42,444 nt of DNA from Octopus bimaculoides (GCF_001194135.2 NC_068983.1:62456780-62499223); one strand, 5' to 3'. Shown: positions 1-13,132, counted from the first letter of the stretch. The notes: generated by a model not told the origin, from the sequence alone. Translations and numbers: made by a program.

Positions 1-44
<44 letters not shown>
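1..44. repeat. (AT)n microsatellite
   Basis: Pure AT dinucleotide run at the window start. Confidence 0.98.
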
Positions 45-46
<2 letters not shown>

Positions 47-986
47 GCATTCAAAGATATGCATGTGTGTCTACATAGATGCATATATATACCCACACAC
101 ATACATACATGCATAATATTTGATATATGCATTAAGAATCATGCATTGTTTCAAGTTTTTATGTCTAGTTATAAAACAATGATCTCCACCAACACGAAAA
201 CAGAGACTACTTTCTTGAAAAACATCAATACAAAGACACAGCTTGTGGTATTCAAATAAAGTATAAAAGTATTATTGTCTGCAAAAAAATCTTGAAATGA
301 ACCCACCCCACACACACACGCACACAAATAACCTTGCACTCCGTCTGTTACGACAGCCTGCTTCTGTAATTAACGTGCAGGTAGCCGGGTACTCCATAGA
401 CTTTCAACAGCGTTCTCAGAGAGATTAAGCATGACACAGAATGTGACAAGACTATCAGAAAGTGTTAAGTAAAAATATCAAGAGTTAGGTATAATCCAAT
501 TAATTAGGTAATAGTATCTTCCAGCTTTTTAGAAGGTACTTATGAAAGCAACGGTATTTTGTAAAGACCCCTGATTTCGTATTTTGACAATATTCAAATT
601 CATTATGCTTTCTGAGTTAGAAATTATTCTGAGACATACATAACCCGCTTCATTTGGTCCAGTTTCTAAATGCCTTGCATTAAGCGACAATACATCGCTT
701 GAAATTGAAATCGGTTGTATCTCCATTCAAATCTCATATATATATACTTTGCATCTTCCTTTCTGTTTACGCGAAGGTAGAAGTATTACTGAAGTAACGA
801 TTTTTAAAATTTTCGTTAATAAGCTTCATACATACATGGTATATGAAGATAATTTTATATATATTTGTGTTTTTAATATATTTATGGTTTTAATATATAT
901 TTATGTTCGATTTATGATAATATGGGAATGTTAAAGTTGTTTTGACCAATTAGAGCTTTTATTCAGTATACCTTTCAATTTATTTT

Positions 987-1037
987 TACCTACCTACCTA
1001 CCTACCTACCTACCTACCTACATACATACATACATAC

Positions 1038-1068
<31 letters not shown>

Positions 1069-1079
1069 CATACATACAT
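987..1079. repeat. Compound (TACC)n-(TACA)n microsatellite
   Basis: Tandem tetranucleotides read directly. Confidence 0.95.
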
Positions 1080-1202
1080 GCCACTCAAATTACTTACTCT
1101 TGTAATGTAAAAAGCAGAACCTTTACATAGTGCGTAAGTATTATATATGTACAGAGGAAGTAACTTAAGCAACGTCATTTCAATCAGACCCCTGCTTCCA
1201 AT

Positions 1203-1475
<273 letters not shown>

Positions 1476-2003
1476 TGCATGCGTGCACGAATACATACTT
1501 GCACACTTACTCATTTATAAACAGAATACGAATAAAAGCATCCATTCATAGAGAAGTTGTAAGAATACTGATTTCAATAGAAAGCGGATGATCAGTGAGT
1601 GATGTAAACTTCATAGAAATAGAAATATAACATTACGAAATATGTTTAGCTGAGAACGGGTTCATAATAAAAAAAAAAATTCAACACGTCTATAACAAGC
1701 TGATCTTTACAAACTGACGCCACTAGGTTAAGTACTCCAAACAAACTTGAATATCATATACCCATCTAATTAATACTTTATTCTGTTTAACTCTGTCAGA
1801 GGTATTGGCTTCTCTCTAACGTATTCAGTATCATTCCATTCTCCAACACTGCACAACGAGCAGTCTTCGACTTTATTCATCCAAGGGATTTTTAAGCTAA
1901 TATTCTACATGCTGTTATTTATAGCTTCACCTATTATGAGTTCCGGAGTTTAAGACGAGTTACTTCAGATAGCTCAAGTTACTTAATTCTAAAGGCGTAA
2001 ACA

Positions 2004-2063
<60 letters not shown>

Positions 2064-2110
2064 GCGCACACATTGTAAATGAATCTTCATCCATTTCGAC
2101 AGTGGAGATC

Positions 2111-2280
2111 CAGTTGTTCAATCAGTTAAATTATCTTCTCATTGCACTCACGATCTTGAGATCGTGATTTTGATTCTCAGATCGGCTGCGTGTTGTGTTC
2201 TTGAGCGAAACACTTCATTACACGTTACTCTACTCCGCTGTAAATGGGTAACCCCGCGACAGGCTATCCTTCCGATCAGT
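2111..2280 (+). mobile_element. Diverged tRNA-derived SINE (family C)
   Basis: Contains GCACTCACGATC..GATTTTGATTCTCAG (degenerate B-box region), then GTTGTGTTCTTGAGCGAAACACTTCA and TAAATGGGTA. An inverted related copy lies at 26425-26533. Confidence 0.6.
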
Positions 2281-2438
2281 GGTTGTAAAACTTGACCGGT
2301 GATGTAAAACTTGCTTTATTCCGTTCGTATTCACATTTCAGAGAAACTTTACTATCAAAGTATTTTCCCATTATGCACCCATTTGGCTGTGCAACATTGC
2401 AAGCAAGCAAGCAAGATTCAGCTTTGCTTGTAATGTAT

Positions 2439-2470
<32 letters not shown>

Positions 2471-2779
2471 TATAGTCAACCTATATATAACAGTCAACCT
2501 ACTAAGACGAGACACGTTGACAAAAATGTCACGCTAACAGAGTGCTAGATCTGAATGACAGTGTAACGTGGTCAGAGTCACGTTCATGAAGATTCAGTAT
2601 TATTATATATATTTCCTTTTGCCTTCTAACTATCAACTGTAGTATAATGTAGAGGTAGAAAAGAATAGACAGTAAACTATACAGCAACAATGGGCTATGT
2701 TGAGTAAGAAAACGATTGACGTACTTGGTGATGAAATTACTTAGCCAAATCTGAAAGGAATCTGTGTGATGAATGTAAG

Positions 2780-3450
2780 GGAACCTGGAATGCTATTAAT
2801 GAATTAATGCACTTATAACAAATGAACTTTTGGATACTAAAAGAATAGTCGAAGTTATAACAAAAATGAGAGGGGGTATCTCTGTATATAATGTAGGGAA
2901 AACAGAAGAGAGTAAACAAACTAAAGGAGTAAAAGTGGTAGTGAGCAAAAGAGTAAAAAAGAATATACCAAAATTCTGATTATATTCGGATAAAGTCATT
3001 TGACTGCATTTTATCTTTAGAAAGGAGAGGTCATGACAGTCATGCAAATGTAAGCATAAAATGTAGATTATAGAAACGAAGATGTAGAAAAGATGTTCGA
3101 AGAAGTAATGAAAATAATGGACGATAATGGATCCAAATATTTAGTAATGGTAGGAAATTTTAGTAGCAAATTTAGGAAAATAAAACAGGAAAGAAAAAAA
3201 GAAAAAGTAAAAACAAGACGTGGAAATTTGTCTATGGAGTGAAAATATAGAGAGCGATTGACGGTAGATTTCGGTATTTAATAAACATTAGTTCTTGAAA
3301 ATTCTTAGTTGAAGAAAGAGAAGAGTGATTACTTGATGTGTCAGAGTTCAAGTAGCCAAATAAGAAATCAGATGTTATGTTAAGTATTTAAAACGGCATA
3401 ATTTAGGAACGTGAAGTTATTACCTGTGTAGATATAAGAAGTGCAAGAAT
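2780..3450 (+). pseudogene. Heavily decayed APE endonuclease domain of an RTE-type LINE
   Basis: Colinear, stop/frameshift-broken motifs: GTWNA, KGVKVVVSK, SDKVI, VMQM*A (cf. IIQVYAP), DVEKMFEEV, LVMVGNFSSK (cf. IVMGDFNAK), LVLENS*LKKEK, SQIRNQ (cf. RNQIDY). Confidence 0.6.
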
Positions 3451-3848
3451 CAAACAGAAATCTTTTGATTATAAAGAACAAAAAGAAAAGAATAAACATA
3501 CAAAAGCATCAAGAAGGATAAGAAAATTTCCAGATAGACATATCCAATAAAACTAGCTAACTAAATTTATATGTGTGTACGTATATAGAGGCATCCACTG
3601 CATTATGGTATGCCGCATCGTGAAAATGTAGCCACAAATCAAAATTCCTTATGTGAAACTTAGTTTACCATTAATTTTAATTCATAAACTGAAGTGCATT
3701 ACAACAGAATTTTCCCGATAATGCGTTAATAACAATATAGCCACTTTCATGCATGAAAATGTAAATTTTTAAAGAAACCCTGCAGCTCGCATATATAAGA
3801 ACACTTGAAGAGAAAAAATATTAGGGAATAACTAAACATACAGTAATC

Positions 3849-3976
3849 TTTTCTACTCTAGACACAAGGCCCGAAATTTTTGGGGAGTTGGGGGGCAATC
3901 GATTAGATCGACTCCAGTACGCAACTGGTACTTAATTTATCGACCCCGAAAGGATGAAAGGCAAAGTCGACCTCGG
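3849..3976 (-). mobile_element. tRNA-derived SINE family A, partial copy
   Basis: GGCCCGAAATTTT..GATTAGATCGACTCCAGTACGCAACTGGTACTTAATTTATCGACCCCGAAAGGATGAAAGGCAAAGTCGACCTCGG. Homologous copies at 6903-7052, 24870-25075 and 30712-30993. Confidence 0.8.
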
Positions 3977-4771
3977 ATTAGACATACAATAATATCGCAT
4001 TTCAGTACGTACACACTACAAATAAACTTGACTGTTCTGTTGTTCGGTGATATGTAGTGAAGTAACGTGAGTTGCTGCAAGGACAATCTCTATAATCTGC
4101 AATGGAGTTCGTCGTCATGAGTATCTAGAACAGAGGTGACGAACTGATCGAAAATTTGTTCACGTTTATGGCTCACCTTTTATTTTTACAATTAATTATT
4201 GTAAGAATTGAGCTCATTGTGAACTCTTCTCGAAAGGGTTCCACAACTATCACGATTAGAACCGTTATTTGCAAACCTTACTCTATAATTGTCATACCCT
4301 TAACTATATCATTTGCAACCACCTGAAGTAGAATGTGTAGAGCTGCTCTGTCTTCGTGCCTAAAACTTTTTTCTTATTCTAATATCATAAGACAAATCAA
4401 TGAGAGTGTGGCATCAATCTCAACAATAACATTTACGATTTCTTCAATCGCTATATTATTTGTCAATACTACAATAACTTCCTGAACTTGATGTAAACTT
4501 TGTGCTGATTGAAAAACTGTTAAGTCACTGATAGATCCAATATCTTTGTTTTAATATTTTGCCAAACACCAAATACACTGTCATGGATGAGATTTTTTCC
4601 CTCATTCTATGACTCGGCTATGTTCTCTACTTCATCCATAATGTTGATCTTTTACCAAAACCTCTAACTTTATTTTTATCTTCCCATTATTCGCTTTCAT
4701 AAATTGATTCAGATTTCTCACATTATGCTTCAAATTATCTATCTTATCTTGATCTATGATCTGAATATGGT

Positions 4772-4818
<47 letters not shown>

Positions 4819-5344
4819 NNNNNNNNNNNNNNNNNNNNNNNNNNNNNNNNNNNNNNNNNNNNNNNNNNNNNNNNNNNNNNNNNNNNNNNNNNNNNNNNNN
4901 NNNNNNNNNNNNNNNNNNNNNNNNNNNNNNNNNNNNNNNNNNNNNNNNNNNNNNNNNNNNNNNNNNNNNNNNNNNNNNNNNNNNNNNNNNNNNNNNNNNN
5001 NNNNNNNNNNNNNNNNNNNNNNNNNNNNNNNNNNNNNNNNNNNNNNNNNNNNNNNNNNNNNNNNNNNNNNNNNNNNNNNNNNNNNNNNNNNNNNNNNNNN
5101 NNNNNNNNNNNNNNNNNNNNNNNNNNNNNNNNNNNNNNNNNNNNNNNNNNNNNNNNNNNNNNNNNNNNNNNNNNNNNNNNNNNNNNNNNNNNNNNNNNNN
5201 NNNNNNNNNNNNNNNNNNNNNNNNNNNNNNNNNNNNNNNNNNNNNNNNNNNNNNNNNNNNNNNNNNNNNNNNNNNNNNNNNNNNNNNNNNNNNNNNNNNN
5301 NNNNNNNNNNNNNNNNNNNNNNNNNNNNNNNNNNNNNNNNNNNN
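4819..5344. other. Assembly gap (N run) flanked by (TA)n
   Basis: N run. Other gaps are at 9841-9984 and 33512-33642. Confidence 1.
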
Positions 5345-5853
5345 ATATATATATATATATACACAGAATATTCTCCTAAATTTTCAGCGTAGTGCACTGG
5401 AAATATCGAATGCATCACACAAAGAAACTGTTCTTGAAAGACCTGTCTCATACTAATATAGATTGGGGCCGAGATAATACATCTCAAACTCTAGATTATA
5501 TATTTCTGAGCCGTAAAAATCATGTCAGAGCATTTTTATTTTCGTTTTATTCTGTTCCATTACGTTCTGTCAAATAACTGTTTACGGCATCAAGTTTAAC
5601 GTTATCTGAGTATTCTATCGAAATTTCGTTAAGCTTCGATAATAATTGTTGTGTGTTTTTTCTTTTTTTAATTTGCTGAATAAGCAGTTTTTTTTTACTG
5701 ACCTAACAATCTCAGATAGCTATCGACATTAATTGACTCTGTCACCATTCAATTATATAAAACATCTAAAAGAACACGTGTAATAGCTGTCTCGAAATTA
5801 ATACTTATGATTGTATACATTCATCCAGACACATTTACATTCAGACAAGGACG

Positions 5854-5949
<96 letters not shown>

Positions 5950-6902
5950 TTCTCTCTCTGTCCCCCTCTCACACACACGTACACACACACACGTACACAC
6001 AGACTTATTACAGAAAAAAAAACAATATCTTGACTAGACAAAATATTGAGTAAGCCAGAAGTAAAAAGGTATACACACAGACGAAAACAATTACAAATGA
6101 CAGACATTACAACACAAATCCTTACATCAGCTGTCTATCGATCCCAAATTGATTTCGACACCCAGAAGTTTTCACTCTGTCATGCAGTTTCAGTAGGGCT
6201 AAAACGGCACTAGCTAAACCAACCAGAAGATAGAATAACTAAAGGAATTATTGGACAAAATACTGCAGATAGATTCTGACTGTCCCGACATTGATGTACA
6301 ATATATAACGCAAATGCCAAATATATCAGCGTGCATGTGTGTGCGGGAGTTTTAATAGCAAATGTTCTCGAGACAGTTAAAGTTTTGTTTCGTTGTTTTG
6401 TGACTCCAAATTTTAATTTATGCGTCAATTCTTCTAATTTAAAAAAGAAAAACAGAGAATTAACTGCAAGTTAATATATATTATCTCTATAATTAGATTT
6501 TTACGTTTCTAAATATGTAGAGAACCTCATATTTGCTGGCAACATAAATGGAAAATTTTTTTAAAAAAATGGAACTTATAAATAATATTTTCATATCTTT
6601 AAAAATATATAGAATTCAACATTAATTTGATTTAGTTAAAACTAATATTATTTAAGGCATTCTTGAACGCTTATTTTAAAAATAACAGATATTTCAGAAA
6701 TATAATTAAAGAATATTTATTTCTTATGTGCGCATAAAGCCATAAAGGTGTATTAGAAATGGGTAGAGATAACTAAATTTTCTTCCCTTCTGCGACAGAA
6801 TTATCCTCCATCCGGTTTAACAGACCCACCAGGTCCTTGCGAAGTTTTAGCAGGGTTTTGAGGTAACTCCATATTTATCAACTTACCACTTCCCATTACA
6901 GT

Positions 6903-7052
6903 AGGCGAGCTGAAAGAGTCGTTATGACCCGAACAGTTACTATGCAGTATTTCTACCCGGTCCCTGTGTTTTGATTTGAAATCCCGCCCAGATTAATTTT
7001 GCCTTTACTCTTTGCCGATACCGCAAAGTACAATTATTCTCCCCGGAATCAG
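6903..7052 (+). mobile_element. Diverged SINE family A copy including the tRNA-like head
   Basis: AGGCGAGCTGAAAGAGTCGTT head, B-box-like GATTTGAAATCCC, then TTTTGCCTTT. Its reverse complement aligns with the 30712-30993 copies. Confidence 0.6.
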
Positions 7053-8949
7053 TTAGGAAGTGTCGTAGAGGACCATTTACGGCGTCCTTTTTATTTCCAA
7101 AACTGGAGAATGTTTGAGAAAAGTATTAGATACGGCATCATATTGAAAAACTTATACGCAGTTGTAACTCCCCAGGGACAGATTGATTTTCAGTATATCA
7201 TGGAACGGAAATAATGAAGAAGGCTCCTTATTACAGCAACCCACGAGTGAGTTATGGTTTTCTTCTAATTTTTCTTTAGGTTTCCATGTTATAATAAAAA
7301 TTCATAAAGAGCTTATCAAAACTTGGAATATACACAATCGAAACTAAACGCTTTACCGTTATTCCAATTTTACAGTCGTTTGGAATGAAGATAAAAAAAA
7401 AAACTGATTGCTTACTTTAACACACGGTCATATAGCACAAGAAGAAAAAATAAACTTAAAATATTGCTGCTGATGTTAGAATTTTAAAATGTTCCTTTAT
7501 ACCTTTTTTATTTTTACATAAAAGTTTACACATTTAAAATTTGATATTACATATTTATACATTTAAAAAGTCACAAATAGCAAAATAAGCAAAATTGACA
7601 ATGTATTGTAACCTTAAGTTTTTTTTTTTAAGAACAAACTAAAGAGTCATTTCTACATTTTGCACTCAATTTGTTCATTAGCTTAAGTTTTTAAAATATT
7701 CTTCTAAATCTCAGTAGAAAATACTTTTTTTTATCTGAAAATGGAAACTTAAAAAGAAAATATTCCTTTCGTTTCTTAAAATATCTTTTTTTACTACTTT
7801 TTACTCTTTTGAATAACATATATTGTACATAAGTCTAATCTTATAACACAATATCTGTGATTTAAAATTTTTGCATAATGAGTTTTGTTAAGAAAATGAA
7901 ATTAAAAATACATAATACCAAAATTAAGACAGAGATGTTTAAGCTTAAAACAAAGAGATTTTAAAATGAAAACATTAACTTAAAGTGGTTTGCAAGAATT
8001 ACAGAAATATATTTAGTAAATTCTAACTTAAGCTGCAATATTTAAGTTTTTTTTTTTAATTGTTTTCCAAGTTCAGTACATAAAAATATTCTAGCACTCT
8101 CTACCCGTATTTTTCATTCTGTTACTGCTTGTTGTGTCACTTTTCCAGATTCAATATTTAAGAATATTCTAGGATTCTGCGTCCGCATTTTTCATTCTAG
8201 TCCCTTTTTTTCCAGGCATCGACTCTATTATTATAATTAATTATATCTACTTCTATAAGTTACAGAAATGATACTATGCTAAATATTTTTAAAATAAGGA
8301 ATTTGCTCACATCTAAATTTTGCTGACACCTAAAAAAAATAATGTTTCTACAGACCCTCCTACAAAATGTAAATGATTCATCTTATTCTGGTTGCATGAC
8401 TGCAGCTCTTCTTATGCATAGCCAACGTCACCATGCCCAATCTGATGATATCGAATAGCAAAAAGTGTTAGATTGTTACAAGTCCTTCCTCTCTTAGCAT
8501 CATGTTGTACCACATTGTGCAGCTGGTTCGCAAACAGGTGGTAGAATATAGCCTCAGCCATTATAACGATATTTTAGCCATACATATATACCACATCATA
8601 ATGGATCACACCATAGACAAAGTTTTCATTGCAGTGATCAATTCTTTCAATAGATACATCAATAAATATTAATAAAATATGGTTATGCCAAACTACAACT
8701 TTTAATATCATTAAGGTAATGTACTGTCTTGCTAACTTAGCGTAGAAAGAAACTATATTGAAGACAATGACAAAGAGCCTACACCAATAGTTGACTGATT
8801 AACGCATATCTTAGGAATACAACGAGCTTTGTAATCATTGAACTGTTAAACTGCTACACATAGTGTGTTTTCTTCCTTGAGTATATAACATTTGATCTAT
8901 ATCTTGAGCTATGTATTTTAATTTCGTATTTCCTTCCAAAATATTTACT

Positions 8950-9110
8950 GTTTTACTTGTTTCAGTTATTTGACTGCGGCCATGCTGGAGAACTGCCTTT
9001 AGTCGAGCAAATCGACCCCAGGACTTATTCTTTGTAAGCCTAGTGCTTATTCTATCGGTCTTTTTGCCGACCGCTAAGTTATCGGTTGTCAAGCGATGCT
9101 GGGGGGAGAA

Positions 9111-9191
<81 letters not shown>

Positions 9192-9358
9192 TACGACAGG
9201 TTTCTTTCAGTTTCCGTCTACCAAATCCACTCACAAGGATTTTCTCGGCCTGAGGCTATAGTAGAATACACTTGCCCAAGGTGCCACGCAGTGGGACTGA
9301 ACCCGGAACCATGTGGTTGGTAAGCAAGCTACTTACCACACAGCCACTCCTGCGCCTA
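8950..9358 (-). mobile_element. Near full-length tRNA-derived SINE family B with an internal (CA)n(TA)n tract
   Basis: Minus strand reads GGCGCAGGAGTGGCTGTGTGGTAAG..GGGTTCAGTCCC..CCTTGGGCAAGTG, then an internal microsatellite, then the body. A plus-strand homolog lies at 38954-39240. Confidence 0.85.
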
Positions 9359-9639
9359 TAAGTTAATTACAATTCAAAAACCAGCTTATTACATGAAGTT
9401 ATTTCTTTTTCCAGTAGAGTTACAAGGGTATCTTACAAGGTCAAATATTTGAAATGCATATATTAAGTGCTTCATTAAACATGGATGGATGGAATCTGTA
9501 TTGATCCCACCATGATTTGAAGTCAGAAATTTAAAATAATGTAATTAAATACGAAGCATATTACAGATACTCTATTTACTCCTAACAACAACGTTTCTAT
9601 TCATTATCAATACCCTCTGGCAGATTCAAAAGTTGTGCT

Positions 9640-9840
9640 TCGTCATTGAAGAATATCGTCTTCCTTGAGACGATGTATCGTCGTAAATCACTGGGATAAC
9701 GGGACTTATATATGCTTTCTGTTGAAGAGCGTAGCTCGAAACGTCAAAGACTTTCCGTATTCCCGAGCGTCATACTAATATATACTTTTGTTATTTACAC
9801 CACCTGTCCTCGTCTGTTGTTATTATTTGTATATTCTCCT
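9640..9840 (+). mobile_element. Penelope-like element 3' terminal (pseudo-LTR) fragment
   Basis: Contains CTGTTGAAGAGCGTAGCTCGAAACGTC, the CTGANGA..CGAAACGTC arrangement typical of PLE ends. It runs into a gap and (TA)n. No RT or GIY-YIG sequence is visible. Confidence 0.5.
9715..9749 (+). ncRNA. Minimal type I hammerhead ribozyme-like motif (core variant CUGUUGA)
   Basis: Stem I CTTT(9715-18)/AAAG(9746-49); core CTGTTGA (9719-25) plus a bulged A; stem II GAGC-GTA-GCTC (9727-37); GAAA (9738-41); palindromic ACGT stem III; GTC cleavage triplet ending at 9745. Confidence 0.55.
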
Positions 9841-10051
9841 NNNNNNNNNNNNNNNNNNNNNNNNNNNNNNNNNNNNNNNNNNNNNNNNNNNNNNNNNNNN
9901 NNNNNNNNNNNNNNNNNNNNNNNNNNNNNNNNNNNNNNNNNNNNNNNNNNNNNNNNNNNNNNNNNNNNNNNNNNNNNNNNNNNNATATATATATATATAT
10001 ATAAAAGGGTAGCAAAGCTATACAAAGTTATACTACCAGTGGCCTAGCATG

Positions 10052-10913
10052 TATTAAAAAAATATGAAGTTGATAATCATAATAGTTGTGGTGATGGTAA
10101 CAACTACAACAACCAATATTACTACCTCTCTCTCTAACTTTTTGCTACCCTTTTATATATGTACTCAAGTATTTGATATTAAAATTTCAAAGTTCGTTTC
10201 GGCATTTTTCCTTTTCTGCCGACTGAAATTGCGTCTGCGCAGTGGATTTAGAAAAAATAAGAATGTATATATAGAAAACATGTGCTTTTGGCCTTCTGTC
10301 TTGTAACTATACGTTAATTCCTTGTCGGCTGGTTACTGAAGAGAATTCACCTAGTAAATCATTTTATTTACTAAAAATTTCGAAACCTATAGGTCTAACC
10401 GTTAAAAATAAGGTAAAAGTTTTTATTTTTTCTTCCCTTTGAAATGTTTTACTTTGTGGTTTTCTTCTAGCATGTAGAAGTTACCTGTTATGGGTAATTT
10501 CTCTTATACTTTATATTGAATATGTCTAAATATGCATATTATTGCATTAAGTCATACCATATTTACTCTTTCTAGTAGGCAATACTTTATACGCATTTTT
10601 ACCTACTTTTATTTGAAGAACGGTTAATTACCTAAGTAGAAATTTCGTAATGTTTTGACCGTAAGATTTGTGTTAGGCTAAATGAATAACTCGGAATAAA
10701 AGACTGTCGAACAAGAATAAGAGAGTAACTAATATTACGAGAGAAACCATATTAGTGTTGCGGCGGCGATGTGGAGGATGATTATGTTAAGCTGAGAAAG
10801 AGAACGGAAAGGGAGAGGCAGTAAAAGTTAGAGAGAGAGGTGGTAATATTGGTTGTTGTAGTTGTTACCATCACCACAACTATTATGATTATCAACTTGA
10901 TATTTTTTTAATA
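10052..10913. mobile_element. Non-autonomous TIR element with ~91-bp terminal inverted repeats
   Basis: 10052-10142 is the reverse complement of 10823-10913 with 2 mismatches. The ~680-bp interior is non-coding and AT-rich. Confidence 0.75.
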
Positions 10914-12329
10914 TATATGTATATTTTTGCTATTCGTAAAAATATTTCATTGCTATTGAATCTTTCATATGCTAGATTATGATACGACTTTAATTATGAG
11001 AATTTACTTTACTTAAGAAATTCCTAGCGCTTTTAGCATTAAGTAGAAATTGGTTAACATTCTGTAAAACTGAATTCTTGTTGACTTAACTTTAATTCTA
11101 TTCTACATTCTACGATGTTCTGTCAAAAAAGCATAAACATTAGAAACCTAACTGGTATTCAAACATTAACAGATATGAACTGTATTGTGTTAATATAGTA
11201 CTGATATCCCCAGAATTTATATAGATGCATCTTGTATATGAATAAGCCATGACCACCATTATATTGTTGTTGTTAGTCGTAGTGGTGATGGCGGTAGATG
11301 AGATAATGAACTAAAATATAAATTTTAAAATGTGGATGAATTAACTCACATGCCTTAATGCTTATAATTACTGCAACAAATGTTAATGTTTGTTTATTGT
11401 TGGTAGTCGTACTGCTAATGGTGGTGGTTATGCTTGTTTCTTGATTGGAACTGCGGTGTTGTTTACTGTTGAAGATTGTTTGTTGAAGGCAATTATGATT
11501 GTAGTGGAAGCGGCGCCAATTTGTTTTCTCTTTCTGGTAGATTTTTAATACAACTTATAATAATTTTATAGTGAAAATGAATAAGTCATATTTTGTGTGA
11601 AATGTCTAAAGATCTGACTAATTATAAAAATAGTTTCATAGTGGCATGAGAATATATATTTATGATGGGAAGTAAAGGAAGTTATGATTTACAGGCTATC
11701 CTAAATGGTATTATTGCTCATGATATGAAGATATTCAGAGACGAAACAGATGTATTTTGAGCTCATCAAGACCATCAAATCTCAATTTTACTTTATTCTT
11801 TTGGTCATGAAAACACAATTCTCTGAGCCTCTCCGAATTCACTGTGTCCAACGCGGTTAACGTTCTTTTCGAATAATTCCAAAGCAGTTTCAGGGAGGGA
11901 TATCCAGTGAGCCTTAGATTTGAAAAGGAATGTCTTGGTATAGTCACTAGAACAAGACTTGTGAAGAGACTCAATATGCTTGATGAGAAAAGGAGACTCG
12001 AGTGGAACGAATGTACCAAGGTGGAGATGACACAAGACTAGGTGTGCTCTGGGGAGGAAGAGGTTACAACAGTGATGGCTGAAGACAATCAAAGAGGGGA
12101 CAACCTATTTGTGTGTCAGAGGTGTTATTAAAAATAACAATCGAGATAAGATGTGCTTGGTCACTGATTTGTAGCACTGAGTACGAGATGACAACCTCCG
12201 GAAACTCCACCATATCTGGAAGTGTGACTAACAGTCCTCACAAAACATGGCATACTGTTCTAATTAATACCACCACTGCCATCTCCCGCATTCACTTCTT
12301 CACTTTTGCAGTTTTTCAGAGCCAAAAAA

Positions 12330-12830
12330 ATCTTTAAAGCTGTTTTTCTGTCAAAGTTATAACAACTTGGGCTTTTCACTATACTATCACTTTCCCATCA
12401 CCTTTATACCCATTGTCTCCATTCTCCCATCTGGGCCAGATTTCCGTATGGCTTTGTGACTTTTGATAGTCATTAAGATTTGTAAGTCAATCCACAGCCC
12501 TTTTCTAATCAAAATTTGCTTCTCATCACTGATTCAGTAGCCACTCGTCCATACCGTGTCTCAAAGTTGACAAGCGAGGTATCAACATTATTATTGGTAC
12601 CTCTGACTATCACCTTGTATTACTCTGTTGTAAAAATTGGAACAGGATTGTTTGGACAGAGATGTGTCGGATTATTTCACCCAGTATTTGTGTAACACTT
12701 TCCGCCCATAAAACAACACAAACAGGCCTGTATGTCTTATCATGCTCGACCGAAAGAATTTCTCCCTTATCTTCTTGAGAAGCCCTTCCAGTTATTACTT
12801 CTTTATCGACAACTGGTAAAATCCGTTATT
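12330..12830 (-). pseudogene. Possible decayed L1/Tx1-type ORF1 fragment
   Basis: GC-elevated block. Minus-strand peptides YKVIVRGTNNNVDTSLVNFETRYGRV (RRM-like) and PSCYNFDRK (knuckle-like) occur in ORF1 order. Weak. Confidence 0.25.
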
Positions 12831-13132
12831 TTAAACACTGATACATGAATTGCATTGGAATTGTGTGAGTGATGAGGTCACAGTTGTGCAACGAAAATTT
12901 TGATAACTCATGCAATAAAGACAAATACATATGTCAACATTTCATATGCTTCAAGAAAAAAGACTGTTACACACCACAGGGTTTTTTTTCTCGTGGCATT
13001 CTAATTCAAGAAAAGTCACTTCCTGACGCTAGGACTCCCAGTAGAATACCAAACAGGCAAAAATAGACCCATATGTAATGATAATGTTTTGGTATGTAAA
13101 CTGAGTCTGTATATGTGCATGTGTGTGAGTGC

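Noticed and set aside
9270-9358. tRNA gene calls for SINE heads (also 6903, 26533, 30790)
   Set aside because: A/B-box-like motifs are present but there is no full cloverleaf, and each continues into a repeated SINE body.
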